A DNA stretch of 64,000 nucleotides from Candidatus Binatia bacterium (GTDB taxonomy: Bacteria > Desulfobacterota > Binatia > Bin18). Positions 47,381-56,188 of the stretch are shown here, one piece after another. The notes below the pieces were generated by a model. That model did no database searches, was not told the origin of the DNA, and saw only the letters and a program-made list of their open reading frames with translations. The translations under genes and the position numbers were made by a program. Location: assembly GCA_963664395.2 (NCBI GenBank), contig OY761159.2, positions 224,001-288,000 on the forward strand, in the 5' to 3' direction. The first letter of the stretch is position 1, and every line of letters starts with the position of its first letter.

Positions 47381-47824
47381 TCATTCCGGTGGCGTCTCCG
47401 AGACAGCTCCCTGTTCAATATGGGTTTGGATGGTTTGGAAAGCCTGGAGCAGGTCGGTCGAAGTCAGAATCCCGCAGACCCGGTCGTGCTCGACCACCGG
47501 CAGGCAGTTGATGCGACGGCTCAGCATCTGGGCGGCGGCTTCGGACAGCCGGGTGTCGGGTTGCACGGTCACCACGGCAGACCACATGATATTGGCGACC
47601 GTGAGCCGTTCAAGGTCTGACTCCCGGCTCATGCAGCGCAGCAGGTCGCGGTCGGAAATCACACCGGCCAAGCGGGCATCGGTATCGATCACCAGCAAAT
47701 GCCGGAAGCGATGCTGGGCCAGGAGGGCCAATGCCTGGGCAAACGGTTGCTGCGGCCTGAGCGCCACCACATCTCGGGTCATCACCTCTTTGACCTGCTG
47801 CGGATAGGTTTTCTTAGCTGCCAT
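47381..47824 (-). CDS. CBS-domain pair protein
   Basis: VKEVMTRDVV, FRHLLVID..LAGVISDRDL, INCLPVV..CGILTSTDLL. Confidence 0.9.
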   Translation of the reverse strand: MAAKKTYPQQVKEVMTRDVVALRPQQPFAQALALLAQHRFRHLLVIDTDARLAGVISDRDLLRCMSRESDLERLTVANIMWSAVVTVQPDTRLSEAAAQMLSRRINCLPVVEHDRVCGILTSTDLLQAFQTIQTHIEQGAVSETPPE

Positions 47825-47954
47825 GCGACTCTACTCCGTCTGAGCGTTTTCACACTGTGCGATCCTAGCATATAATCGAAGCGCCGGGCATACGCATTTT
47901 TCCCTTGTCGCCTCCGGCTCGCTTCCTCTACAATGAAGACAGGGAACGCAGGGG

Positions 47955-48933
47955 ATGGCACAAGCGATATTTCACCCACTTCGACGCCTCCGCCAGGCGA
48001 TTATCAAGCAGTTCGCCGCCCTGCTGACCAAACCCCTCAAGAACTATGCGGTTCGTTTCCCGAACAACCTGGACGCGCTCAAAAGCCAGATACGCAAAGG
48101 GGATGTCCTGCTTGTGGAAGGCTCTCAGCGTATTAGCGAGGCAGTTAAATATCTCACCCAGAGTTCCTGGTCGCACTCGACCATCTACATTGGCGCTGAA
48201 CTGATTCGCGGCAACCATCCGCTGGCGGAGCAGGCCCGGACCACTTTTGGCGACGACGCCCAGTTCCTGTTAGTGGAAGCGCTGGTTGAGGAAGGGGTCG
48301 TGCTGTCCTCCCTGTCGAAGTACGCCGAGTACAATATCCGTCTGTGCCGCCCGCACAACCTCCAGCCTCAGGACTGCCAAGTTATTTTGGACGATGTGAT
48401 CAGTCAGCTCGGCTATACGTATGATCTCCAGAATATCCTGGACCTGGCACGCTATTTCCTGCCGGTCAGTTTGGTCCCGCGCCGGTTTCGCCAGCGGGCG
48501 CTCAATTTTGGGAGCGGGCTGCCAACCCAGGTCATCTGTTCCAGTATGATTGCTGCGGCCTTTGGCAAAGTCCGCTTTCCCATTCTGCCCCACGTCGAGC
48601 TTTCCCATTCTGCCCCACGTCGAGTCTACTCCCGATTCTCAGGAAACGCATTCACCCTTTTACCGCCGCTTCTTTGCCAAGGAGCTTGACACCGGACGAC
48701 CGGTTTTTCGTCGTCGGCACCCCACCCTGATTACCCCGCGCGATTTCGATCTGTCGCCCTATTTCCATGCAATTAAATTCAATACTATCGCTTCACAGCG
48801 GCTCGACTATCGGAATATCATCTGGGCCGAAGATGCCATCCCGGCTTCAGCGGAGACAGCGGCAGGTCCGGCTCCATCTGACGGCGAAGCCCCCGCCCTC
48901 CCTTCTCCGGAAGACCTGCAACCAGCTTCCTAG
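47955..48933 (+). pseudogene. YiiX/YebB-like permuted papain (NlpC/P60) protein, frameshifted by a 25-bp duplication
   Basis: GDVLLVEG..ISEAVKYLTQSSWSH, ICSSMIA; conserved tail [12 protein letters not shown] lies in another frame after the duplication. Confidence 0.85.
48575..48624 (+). repeat. Perfect 25-bp tandem duplication
   Basis: CTTTCCCATTCTGCCCCACGTCGAG x2. Confidence 0.97.
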
Positions 48934-48944
48934 CCGAGCCTCTC

Positions 48945-48973
48945 TTGACAGTTTTTCAAAAACGCCTGACACT
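48945..48973 (+). promoter_or_regulatory. Candidate sigma70 promoter for hisF (possibly leaderless)
   Basis: TTGACA-N17-GACACT, ATG begins 7 nt after the -10 element, no SD. Confidence 0.5.
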
Positions 48974-48979
48974 TCGGCC

Positions 48980-49747
48980 ATGCTGAGCAAACGTATTATT
49001 CCGTGTCTGGATGTCAAAGACGGGCGCGTGGTGAAAGGCGTAAATTTTGTCGATTTGCGCGATGCCGGCGACCCGGTTGAAGTCGCGCAACGGTATGATG
49101 CAGAGGGTGCGGATGAGTTGACCTTTCTTGACATTACGGCTTCACACGAACGCCGCCGGATTATTCTGGATGTCGTCCAAAAAACGGCGGAAACCGTTTT
49201 CATGCCGCTGACCGTGGGCGGCGGCGTGCGCGAGAACCGGGATATTCGCAATCTGCTTAATGCCGGCGCGGATAAGGTCTCGATCAACACCGCGGCAGTC
49301 AACCGGCCCGAGTTTGTCAAAGAAGCTGCCGAACGCTTCGGGAGTCAGTGCATCGTGGTGGCGATTGATGCCAAACGGAAACCGGCCTCCGAGCCGTCCG
49401 GTTGGGAGGTCTTTATTCATGGCGGACGCACCCCGACGGGCCTTGATGCCATCGAATGGGCGCAACGCATGGAACAGTATGGCTCTGGGGAAATACTGCT
49501 GACCAGTATGGACCGAGACGGGACCAAGGAAGGCTATGACATCGAGCTCACCCGCGCCATATCGGAAGCGGTCACGATTCCGGTCATTGCCTCGGGTGGG
49601 GTTGGAAATTTGCAGCATATTTACGAGGGCCTCACCGCCGGCAAGGCCGACGCTGCCCTGGCGGCCTCAATTTTTCACTACCAGGAATACACGGTGCGCG
49701 CGTGTAAAGACTTTTTAGACGCGCGGGGAGTACCAGTTCGATTGTAA
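48980..49747 (+). CDS. hisF: Imidazole glycerol phosphate synthase, cyclase subunit
   Basis: [53 protein letters not shown]. Confidence 0.98.
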   Translation: MLSKRIIPCLDVKDGRVVKGVNFVDLRDAGDPVEVAQRYDAEGADELTFLDITASHERRRIILDVVQKTAETVFMPLTVGGGVRENRDIRNLLNAGADKVSINTAAVNRPEFVKEAAERFGSQCIVVAIDAKRKPASEPSGWEVFIHGGRTPTGLDAIEWAQRMEQYGSGEILLTSMDRDGTKEGYDIELTRAISEAVTIPVIASGGVGNLQHIYEGLTAGKADAALAASIFHYQEYTVRACKDFLDARGVPVRL

Positions 49748-49757
49748 GGAGGGATAT

Positions 49758-50630
49758 ATGGCCAAGATCATAATCGAAGCGGCAATCAACGGGAATTCCG
49801 ATAAGGCACTGAATCCCCATATTGCCTATAGCCCGGAAGATATTGCCGCCGATGCCATCGCAACCTGTCAGGCCGGCGCGGCCGCGGTTCATTTTCATGT
49901 CAGGAATCCGGAGACGGGCGAATGGGTGCAGGACGTCGCGTATTATAGCCAGGTGTTCAAGCGGACGCGCGCGCACTGCAACCCGATTCTCTGGCCCACG
50001 TTTCCGTTTGGCGACGACCCGGTTGAACGCTTTGCCCATTTTCTGGAACTCGCCAAAGACCCGGCCACCAAACCGGACCTGGGCTGGGCTGACCCCGGCT
50101 CGGTCAACCTTGTTTCGTATGACGCGCGGACAAAAGTACTCTCGGGTGGAAATTTCGTCTATCGGAATTCGTATGATGCCAATCGATATTTTCTGGAACA
50201 GTCGCGTGAGTGCGGAGTGAGACCAACGCTCCAAATTTTTGATCCCAGTTTTCTCCGGGCGGTTTTAGTCTTTCTGGACCAGGGCCTCCTGACCGAACCG
50301 CTGTTGCTCAAATTCTATTTTGGTGGCCCGGAGCTGCCATTCGGACTGCCGCCTTCACTCAAGAGCCTGGAAGCCTATTTAGACATGCTCAAGGGTGTGC
50401 GCTGCAATTGGTTCGCCGCAACGCTCGGAGGGGATAATCTCCCGTTTATCCCTCAGATCATAAGCTTGGGCGGCCATGTCCGGCTTGGCCTTGAAGACCA
50501 CAATTATGCGCATGAGGGCCAGCTAACGAACCCGCAACTCGTCGAGCGCGCAGTGGCGACCATTACCGGCATGGGCCACGAGGTGGCGACTCCGGACGAA
50601 GCGCGGGCAATGCTGGAAGCCCGGACATGA
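49758..50630 (+). CDS. Beta-keto acid cleavage enzyme (BKACE/Kce, DUF849)
   Basis: IIIEAAING, NPHIAYSPEDI, AGAAAVHFHVR, GGHVRLGLED, VATPDEARAML. Confidence 0.9.
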   Translation: MAKIIIEAAINGNSDKALNPHIAYSPEDIAADAIATCQAGAAAVHFHVRNPETGEWVQDVAYYSQVFKRTRAHCNPILWPTFPFGDDPVERFAHFLELAKDPATKPDLGWADPGSVNLVSYDARTKVLSGGNFVYRNSYDANRYFLEQSRECGVRPTLQIFDPSFLRAVLVFLDQGLLTEPLLLKFYFGGPELPFGLPPSLKSLEAYLDMLKGVRCNWFAATLGGDNLPFIPQIISLGGHVRLGLEDHNYAHEGQLTNPQLVERAVATITGMGHEVATPDEARAMLEART

Positions 50631-51160
50631 CACCCACCACACTCATCGCCCAGATCCATGAGAGCGCGAGTAGGGCGATGCTTGTGGTGACCGGTGGTGG
50701 GACGCAGGCGCTCGCAGACCTGCTGGCTATCCCGGGCGCTTCACGTACCGTGCTTGAAGCTGTAGTTCCGTATAGTGAAGCAGCGCTCAACGAGTTTCTT
50801 GGGGCCAGCCCACACCAGGCCGTGTGTGTTGAAACCGCGGCCGCACTGGCCGGCGCAGCATATAGGCGTGCGGTACTGTTGCACGATGCGGAGGGACCAC
50901 TCGTTGGCGTCTCCTGTACGGCCGCTCTGGCGACAGACCGGTTCAAAAAAGGTGACCACCGCGCTCACATCGGCATCAGTACGGTAGAGGAAACCCGTGT
51001 CTATTCATGTACGCTGACCAAAGGCGCACGAGACCGGCAGGCTGAAGAACGGGTCGTCAGCGACCTGCTGCTGACGGTCCTGGCACGGGCGTGCGGTCTG
51101 CGCGTTACACTCGATGTACCGCTGCTGGCCGATGAGCGTATAGTGGAGCAGGCCGTATGA
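50627..51160 (+). CDS. CinA C-terminal-like domain protein
   Basis: VTGGG..ALADLLAIPGASRTVLEAVVPYS, GVSCTAALATDR.KKGDHRAH. Confidence 0.75.
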   Translation: MTPTTLIAQIHESASRAMLVVTGGGTQALADLLAIPGASRTVLEAVVPYSEAALNEFLGASPHQAVCVETAAALAGAAYRRAVLLHDAEGPLVGVSCTAALATDRFKKGDHRAHIGISTVEETRVYSCTLTKGARDRQAEERVVSDLLLTVLARACGLRVTLDVPLLADERIVEQAV

Positions 51161-51196
51161 AGAACTTTTTGTTTCATTGAGACTGCGACAATAGTT

Positions 51197-51775
51197 ATGA
51201 AAATTGGAATCGTTTCTGACATCCACGCCGACGCGCCGGTCCTCCAGCGCGTGCTCAACGACATGCCCAGCACTGATTTGTTATTGTGTCCTGGAGACGC
51301 GGTGAGTGAATACCGTTTCTGCCCGGACACGGTCGCTCTTCTACAAGATGCAAAGGTGCGCTGCATTCAGGGCAATCACGAAGTCGTCCTTTTTGGTGGC
51401 CGTAACCCCGCCTACCTGAAGAAGTGTCAGGATACCTTCCCGGCAGAGTCGCTCGCCTTTCTTGCAAACGCCCCACTCACCCAGGAGTTTGAGTGTGATG
51501 GCCTGAGAATTCTCATGATCCATGCCAGTCCGTGGGAACCCTATGAGGAGTATATCTATCCGGGCAGCAAGCGCTTGGACGAGTTCGCCGCCCTGCCCTA
51601 TGATATGGTCTGCTTCGGGCACACCCATGTTCCTCTGGTGCATCAGGCGGGAGATGTGGTTGTCATTAATCCGGGGTCGTGCTCGCAGCCGCGCGACCAG
51701 GACCGTCGGGGTGCCTATGCTCTCTTTGATACCCGGACGAAAGAAGGAACGATTCATCGGGTCACGCTGACATGA
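51197..51775 (+). CDS. Metallophosphoesterase (YfcE-like)
   Basis: SDIH, GD, GNHE, IHASP, GHTH, INPGS. Confidence 0.9.
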   Translation: MKIGIVSDIHADAPVLQRVLNDMPSTDLLLCPGDAVSEYRFCPDTVALLQDAKVRCIQGNHEVVLFGGRNPAYLKKCQDTFPAESLAFLANAPLTQEFECDGLRILMIHASPWEPYEEYIYPGSKRLDEFAALPYDMVCFGHTHVPLVHQAGDVVVINPGSCSQPRDQDRRGAYALFDTRTKEGTIHRVTLT

Positions 51776-51852
51776 ATCCGGAACGGGGAAGAGGGCTGGG
51801 ATGAGGGGGACAATGCAAACTGAGACACCACCAAAAAAGGAGACCGTCTGCC

Positions 51853-53133
51853 ATGCGGAAGCAACAGTCCAAATCTCTCCAGCAGGCTGAGCGAGGCACG
51901 CCGAGTCGGCGCACGTTTCTGAGAAATGCGGCCTTGGGTGTGGTCGGCGGCGGCGCAGCGCTGGCAGCCGGCTGTGAGTATAAAACCCAACTGTTTCTGT
52001 TGGGCCGGCCCGAAACTGAAGCGGAGGAAAAAAGCCCCGACTGGCAGGAAGCCCGCGTTCGCAGCTATAGACAATTGGGCCGTACGGGAATGGAAATCTC
52101 GGATATCTCATTCGGCTGCTCAGGGCTCGACAACGCGGATGTCGTGCGACGGGCCATTGACCGGGGCATCAATTATTTTGATACCTCGCCGGATTATTCG
52201 CGGGCCGGGTCGGAAAAAACATTAGGCCGGGGCATTCAAGGCTATCAGCGCGATACACTTTTTATCGTCTCCAAGTTCTGCACCACCCAGGGCCATCTGA
52301 GCGATACGACCCCGGTCAAAGATGTCATGGCGGCGGTTGAGGCAAGTCTGCTGAGAATCGGCACGGACTATCTTGATCTGGCTCACATCCATGCCTGCAA
52401 TTCCATCGAGCGTCTCATGAATCCGAACATCCACGAAGCCTTTGATCGACTGAAAGAACAGGGCAAACTGCGCTTTTTAGGCGTCTCTTCACATACCCCG
52501 CGGCTGGAAGAGGTCATGCGCCACGCTGTTGATAGCGACCGTTTTGATGTCATTATGGTCGCCTATAATTTCCGCAATTGGCCTGAGCTGACGAATATTT
52601 TCCGCGCGGCCAAGCAGAAGGGCGTCGGGGTTGTGGCCATGAAGACCCTCAAAGGTGCGCGTCATAGCACGTTGTCAGATTTTACCCCAACAGAGCGTGA
52701 ATCGTTCGCTCAGGCCGCCTTCAAGTGGGTGCTGTCCAATCCTGATGTGAGTGGTCTCGTGGTCACAATCGGCTCCTTCCATCACATCGACGAATACTTG
52801 CACGCCTCCGGGCAGCCGTTTCAGCAGGCCGACCTGGCGTTACTCGAAAAATACGACCGTCTCGTTGCGAACGACTATTGCCCGCCGGGCTGTGGCGAGT
52901 GCTTATCATCCTGTCCGTCCGACGTTCCGGTCGATGATATCCTGCGCTACGCCATGTATTATGAAAACTACGGCCAGCAGCGGGTGGGTATGGAAGAATA
53001 TGCCAGGATTACCCTCGAACAGAACGTCTCCCAGTGCGTCGGCTGCCGTGCTCCGTGCGAAAGCGCGTGTCCGCACGAGATTCCGATCAAATCAAAATTG
53101 CTCCGGGCAGACCGGATGCTCCGACTTGTGTAG
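51853..53133 (+). CDS. Aldo/keto reductase with Tat signal and C-terminal Fe-S dicluster domain
   Basis: SRRTFLR..LAAGC; [42 protein letters not shown] and [13 protein letters not shown]. Confidence 0.88.
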   Translation: MRKQQSKSLQQAERGTPSRRTFLRNAALGVVGGGAALAAGCEYKTQLFLLGRPETEAEEKSPDWQEARVRSYRQLGRTGMEISDISFGCSGLDNADVVRRAIDRGINYFDTSPDYSRAGSEKTLGRGIQGYQRDTLFIVSKFCTTQGHLSDTTPVKDVMAAVEASLLRIGTDYLDLAHIHACNSIERLMNPNIHEAFDRLKEQGKLRFLGVSSHTPRLEEVMRHAVDSDRFDVIMVAYNFRNWPELTNIFRAAKQKGVGVVAMKTLKGARHSTLSDFTPTERESFAQAAFKWVLSNPDVSGLVVTIGSFHHIDEYLHASGQPFQQADLALLEKYDRLVANDYCPPGCGECLSSCPSDVPVDDILRYAMYYENYGQQRVGMEEYARITLEQNVSQCVGCRAPCESACPHEIPIKSKLLRADRMLRLV

Positions 53134-53141
53134 GCGAACAT

Positions 53142-53639
53142 ATGAAGAAATTGAGCCATACTGACGCGCAGGGTCGGGCCCGGATGGTTGATGTGGGAGC
53201 GAAATCCGTGACTGAGCGGGAGGCAATCGCGACCGGTCATATCTCTATGCACCCGGATACGCTTCGACTTATTACCACCGGGCAGATACCGAAAGGCGAT
53301 GTGCTCGCTGTCGCTCGCGTCGCGGGCATCATGGCGGCCAAGAAAACGCCGGAACTCATCCCGCTGTGCCACCCGCTTCTCATCTCCTCGGTCCATGTTG
53401 CCTGTACTCCAGACGAAGAAAGGGGCCAAATTGAAATTGAAGCGCGCGTCAAGGTAAGCGGAAAAACCGGGGTGGAAATGGAAGCCCTGACCGCGGTTTC
53501 CGTCGCTGCACTGACTATCTATGACATGTGTAAAGCCGTAGAAAAGGACATGACCATCTCAGACATCAGCCTCAAACACAAAAGTGGTGGAAAAAGCGGT
53601 ACGTACGTAAGAGCAGCCCGCCCACATCGTTCAGCATGA
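53142..53639 (+). CDS. moaC: Cyclic pyranopterin monophosphate synthase
   Basis: [62 protein letters not shown]. Confidence 0.97.
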   Translation: MKKLSHTDAQGRARMVDVGAKSVTEREAIATGHISMHPDTLRLITTGQIPKGDVLAVARVAGIMAAKKTPELIPLCHPLLISSVHVACTPDEERGQIEIEARVKVSGKTGVEMEALTAVSVAALTIYDMCKAVEKDMTISDISLKHKSGGKSGTYVRAARPHRSA

Positions 53640-54856
53640 CCACCGTTGTCGTACACTCCGGTCGGGAAAAACCGATCCAAGCCGGTCACCCCTGGCTCTT
53701 TTCAGGCGCTATTCAGCACATTGAAGGACAGCCCGTCCCAGGGTCTTTGGTTCGGGTCGTTACGGCAGACGCCAAGCCGCTTGGGATTGGCTATATCAAC
53801 CCGCGCTGTTCCATAACAGTCCGGATGCTCACTCGTACAAATGAGTGTGATGAACAGCACATCCCTTTTCTGAATCCGGACCTTGGCCCTGACTGGATTT
53901 TTCGTTTTCTCAAAAAAAGACTCAAAGATGCCTTCAGCCTCAGACAAGCCATTCTGCAACCCGGCACAACGAGCTATCGTCTGATCAACGGCGAGGGTGA
54001 CTTTCTGCCTGGCTGTATCGTTGACGTCTATGGTCCCTACCTTGTGTGTCAGCACCTGACAGCCGGCGCAGAGCTGCTCAAACCTGTTCTTATTCAAGTC
54101 CTTACAGAGATGCTGAAACCTAGGGGCATTTACGAAAAAAGCGCCGGAGGCGTTCGCAAAGAAGAAGGACTCTCAAACACAACAGGGCTATTGTGGGGAG
54201 AAGAACCTTCACCTCTGGTTGAAATTCATCAGAATAGCTGTCGATTTCTCGTTGACATCAGAGGAGGTCAAAAGACCGGGTTTTTCCTTGACCAACGCGA
54301 TAATCGAGCCCTTGTTGCTCACCTCGCTCAAGGCAAAACAGTGTTAAATGGCTTTTCGTATACGGGAGCTTTTGGTGTCGTTGCAGCCAAGTATGGCGCA
54401 CGTCAAGTCACTTCAGTCGATAGCTCGAAGCCAAGTCTTTCCATTGCTCAAAAGAATTTTGATATCAACCATTTATCATCAGAGTCGAATATATTCTTGA
54501 ATGCAGATATGTTCACCTTTCTGCGTGAGCGGAGCGAATCCTTTGATCTCATTATTTTAGACCCCCCTTCTTTTATTCGCCGGCGACACGACAAAAAGGC
54601 TGGAGTCAAAGGCTACCGGGATATTAACGTTCAGGCTCTCCAACGACTCAGACCAGGTGGGCAGATGCTGACCTTCAGTTGCTCCCAGCATCTATCACGG
54701 GAGGACTTTTCCCGGCTCATCCTCTTCGCAGCAGCCGAAAGTGGCCACAAGGTAAGAGTTATTAAACACTTAGGCCAGTCGAATGATCATCCGCTGAATG
54801 CCGTCCATCCGGAAGGGGCATACTTAAAGGGACTCTGGATGCAGGTAGGGGATTGA
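53636..54856 (+). CDS. rlmI: 23S rRNA m5C methyltransferase, RlmI-like
   Basis: [70 protein letters not shown]. Confidence 0.88.
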   Translation: MTTVVVHSGREKPIQAGHPWLFSGAIQHIEGQPVPGSLVRVVTADAKPLGIGYINPRCSITVRMLTRTNECDEQHIPFLNPDLGPDWIFRFLKKRLKDAFSLRQAILQPGTTSYRLINGEGDFLPGCIVDVYGPYLVCQHLTAGAELLKPVLIQVLTEMLKPRGIYEKSAGGVRKEEGLSNTTGLLWGEEPSPLVEIHQNSCRFLVDIRGGQKTGFFLDQRDNRALVAHLAQGKTVLNGFSYTGAFGVVAAKYGARQVTSVDSSKPSLSIAQKNFDINHLSSESNIFLNADMFTFLRERSESFDLIILDPPSFIRRRHDKKAGVKGYRDINVQALQRLRPGGQMLTFSCSQHLSREDFSRLILFAAAESGHKVRVIKHLGQSNDHPLNAVHPEGAYLKGLWMQVGD

Positions 54857-54966
54857 ATTATATCAGAAAAAATGAGAACCTTGTGCGCCCGATGATCTTC
54901 CAGGTTGGTTCCTGCACAGCATTTTTCGTATTTCGTTCGTAATACAAATTTGAGAGGAAAGCCACT

Positions 54967-55614
54967 ATGAAGAGCCGTACGTCTGAAAAGCCTACCACAA
55001 AAAGTACGACGTCGGCAAAATCCGCAAAAAAACCGGTGAAAAAGTCAATCAGAGCCTCTGCCAAAAAAACAGTATCCAAAAAAGCAGCGACGAATACGGT
55101 GACAAAAAGGGAACCGCCAACCAAAGCGGTCGCAAAGAGACTTCCGATAGAGTCTGCTGGGGTAGAAACCGCGCCGCCCCCTCCCCAACCAGAACCTGTC
55201 GCTCCTCCAGCTACCCCTCCCCAAGCTTCTGACCAAGCTCCTCCCCAAGCTTCTGACCAAGCTCCTGACCAGGTATTAGAACAGGAAGCGTCGCCTGCCT
55301 CAACGCCACCTGTTTTTGTCAAGCGAGACCTTACCGGACCAGATGGGAGCACACGTCCCGGCTGGGAAATGTGGATCGGTGACCATTGTTTTGGGCGTGC
55401 AGATAGTAAAGACCTGCTGCTTGCAAGCTTTGAGCGTCTCCAGAGTCCGCCGAGTAGCTTTCACTGGCGTGAAGTCCGCAATCGTATGCCGATGCGTGGT
55501 CGCGCAAAGCGTCCCTCCGTCCCCCCGCCCCCGGCTACTGGACAAGTGGCAGAGAACGATGGGGAGCTGCTGGATGAACTGAGCGACGTTGCGGAAACAC
55601 CGGAAGTTTCTTAA
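54967..55614 (+). CDS. Hypothetical protein with Lys/Ala-rich histone-H1-like N-terminus and Pro-rich linker
   Basis: GAGAGG RBS; KSAKKPVKKSIRASAKKTVSKKAA; small globular core GWEMWIGDHCFGRADS; acidic tail. Confidence 0.7.
   Translation: MKSRTSEKPTTKSTTSAKSAKKPVKKSIRASAKKTVSKKAATNTVTKREPPTKAVAKRLPIESAGVETAPPPPQPEPVAPPATPPQASDQAPPQASDQAPDQVLEQEASPASTPPVFVKRDLTGPDGSTRPGWEMWIGDHCFGRADSKDLLLASFERLQSPPSSFHWREVRNRMPMRGRAKRPSVPPPPATGQVAENDGELLDELSDVAETPEVS
55216..55263 (+). repeat. Perfect 24-bp tandem duplication, in frame
   Basis: CCTCCCCAAGCTTCTGACCAAGCT x2 (PPQASDQA x2). Confidence 0.95.
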
Positions 55615-55663
55615 TACTGGCGCTTCAGCCCACTCGACAAGAAGGAAAATTGGCAAGAAAGCT

Positions 55664-55695
55664 GAGAAGAGCAGAGTGCTGTCTCTGCTCTTCTC
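55664..55695. terminator. 13-bp stem hairpin between convergent genes
   Basis: GAGAAGAGCAGAG-tgctgt-CTCTGCTCTTCTC. Confidence 0.65.
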
Positions 55696-55704
55696 CTACA
55701 CTGC

Positions 55705-56025
55705 CTACCCTTGGGATAACGTCTTCAAATCTTCAGCCCAGTTTTCGTACGGGCGCAGGGGAATGACTTCAACGTCTGAAACAATATGCGCATAGCCAAG
55801 CTGCCAGATAGGCAGACTATTGACCGCCCCGTCAAGCATATCGCCTGACTCCACATCCATGACAACCACCACCTCCGGTTTTCCCGCAACCTTCCAAATA
55901 CCTTTTATAACGCCGGCCTCCTTCGCCCCTAAGGCAGCTTCGGACTCTTTCCGCCAGACCGTATAAAAGTCTTTGTTTGACATATCAGCGGGTTTGTTAA
56001 TCCTCGCTTTGAGCATGATAAGCAT
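55705..56025 (-). CDS. Muconolactone delta-isomerase-like protein
   Basis: E.EAAL..KEAGVIKGIWKVAG, VMDVES...LDGAVNSLP, VEVIPL; AAAGGAG RBS. Confidence 0.75.
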   Translation of the reverse strand: MLIMLKARINKPADMSNKDFYTVWRKESEAALGAKEAGVIKGIWKVAGKPEVVVVMDVESGDMLDGAVNSLPIWQLGYAHIVSDVEVIPLRPYENWAEDLKTLSQG

Positions 56026-56188
56026 GACTTTCTCCTTTCTGTGCTTTGAATGATTGACACGACCTATAGCCGACCTACGCCTCATTCGTCAAATATATCT
56101 CACACATACATCCATACATCTTCGGATGAGCCCATATTTTCTGCCAGCGCTGGACAAAATGACAGAATAAGATTAGACCTTATTGCCT

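Noticed and set aside
53636-56180. Lower-GC stretch around rlmI as a genomic island
   Set aside because: rlmI overlaps moaC like a native operon; no boundary repeats or mobility genes seen
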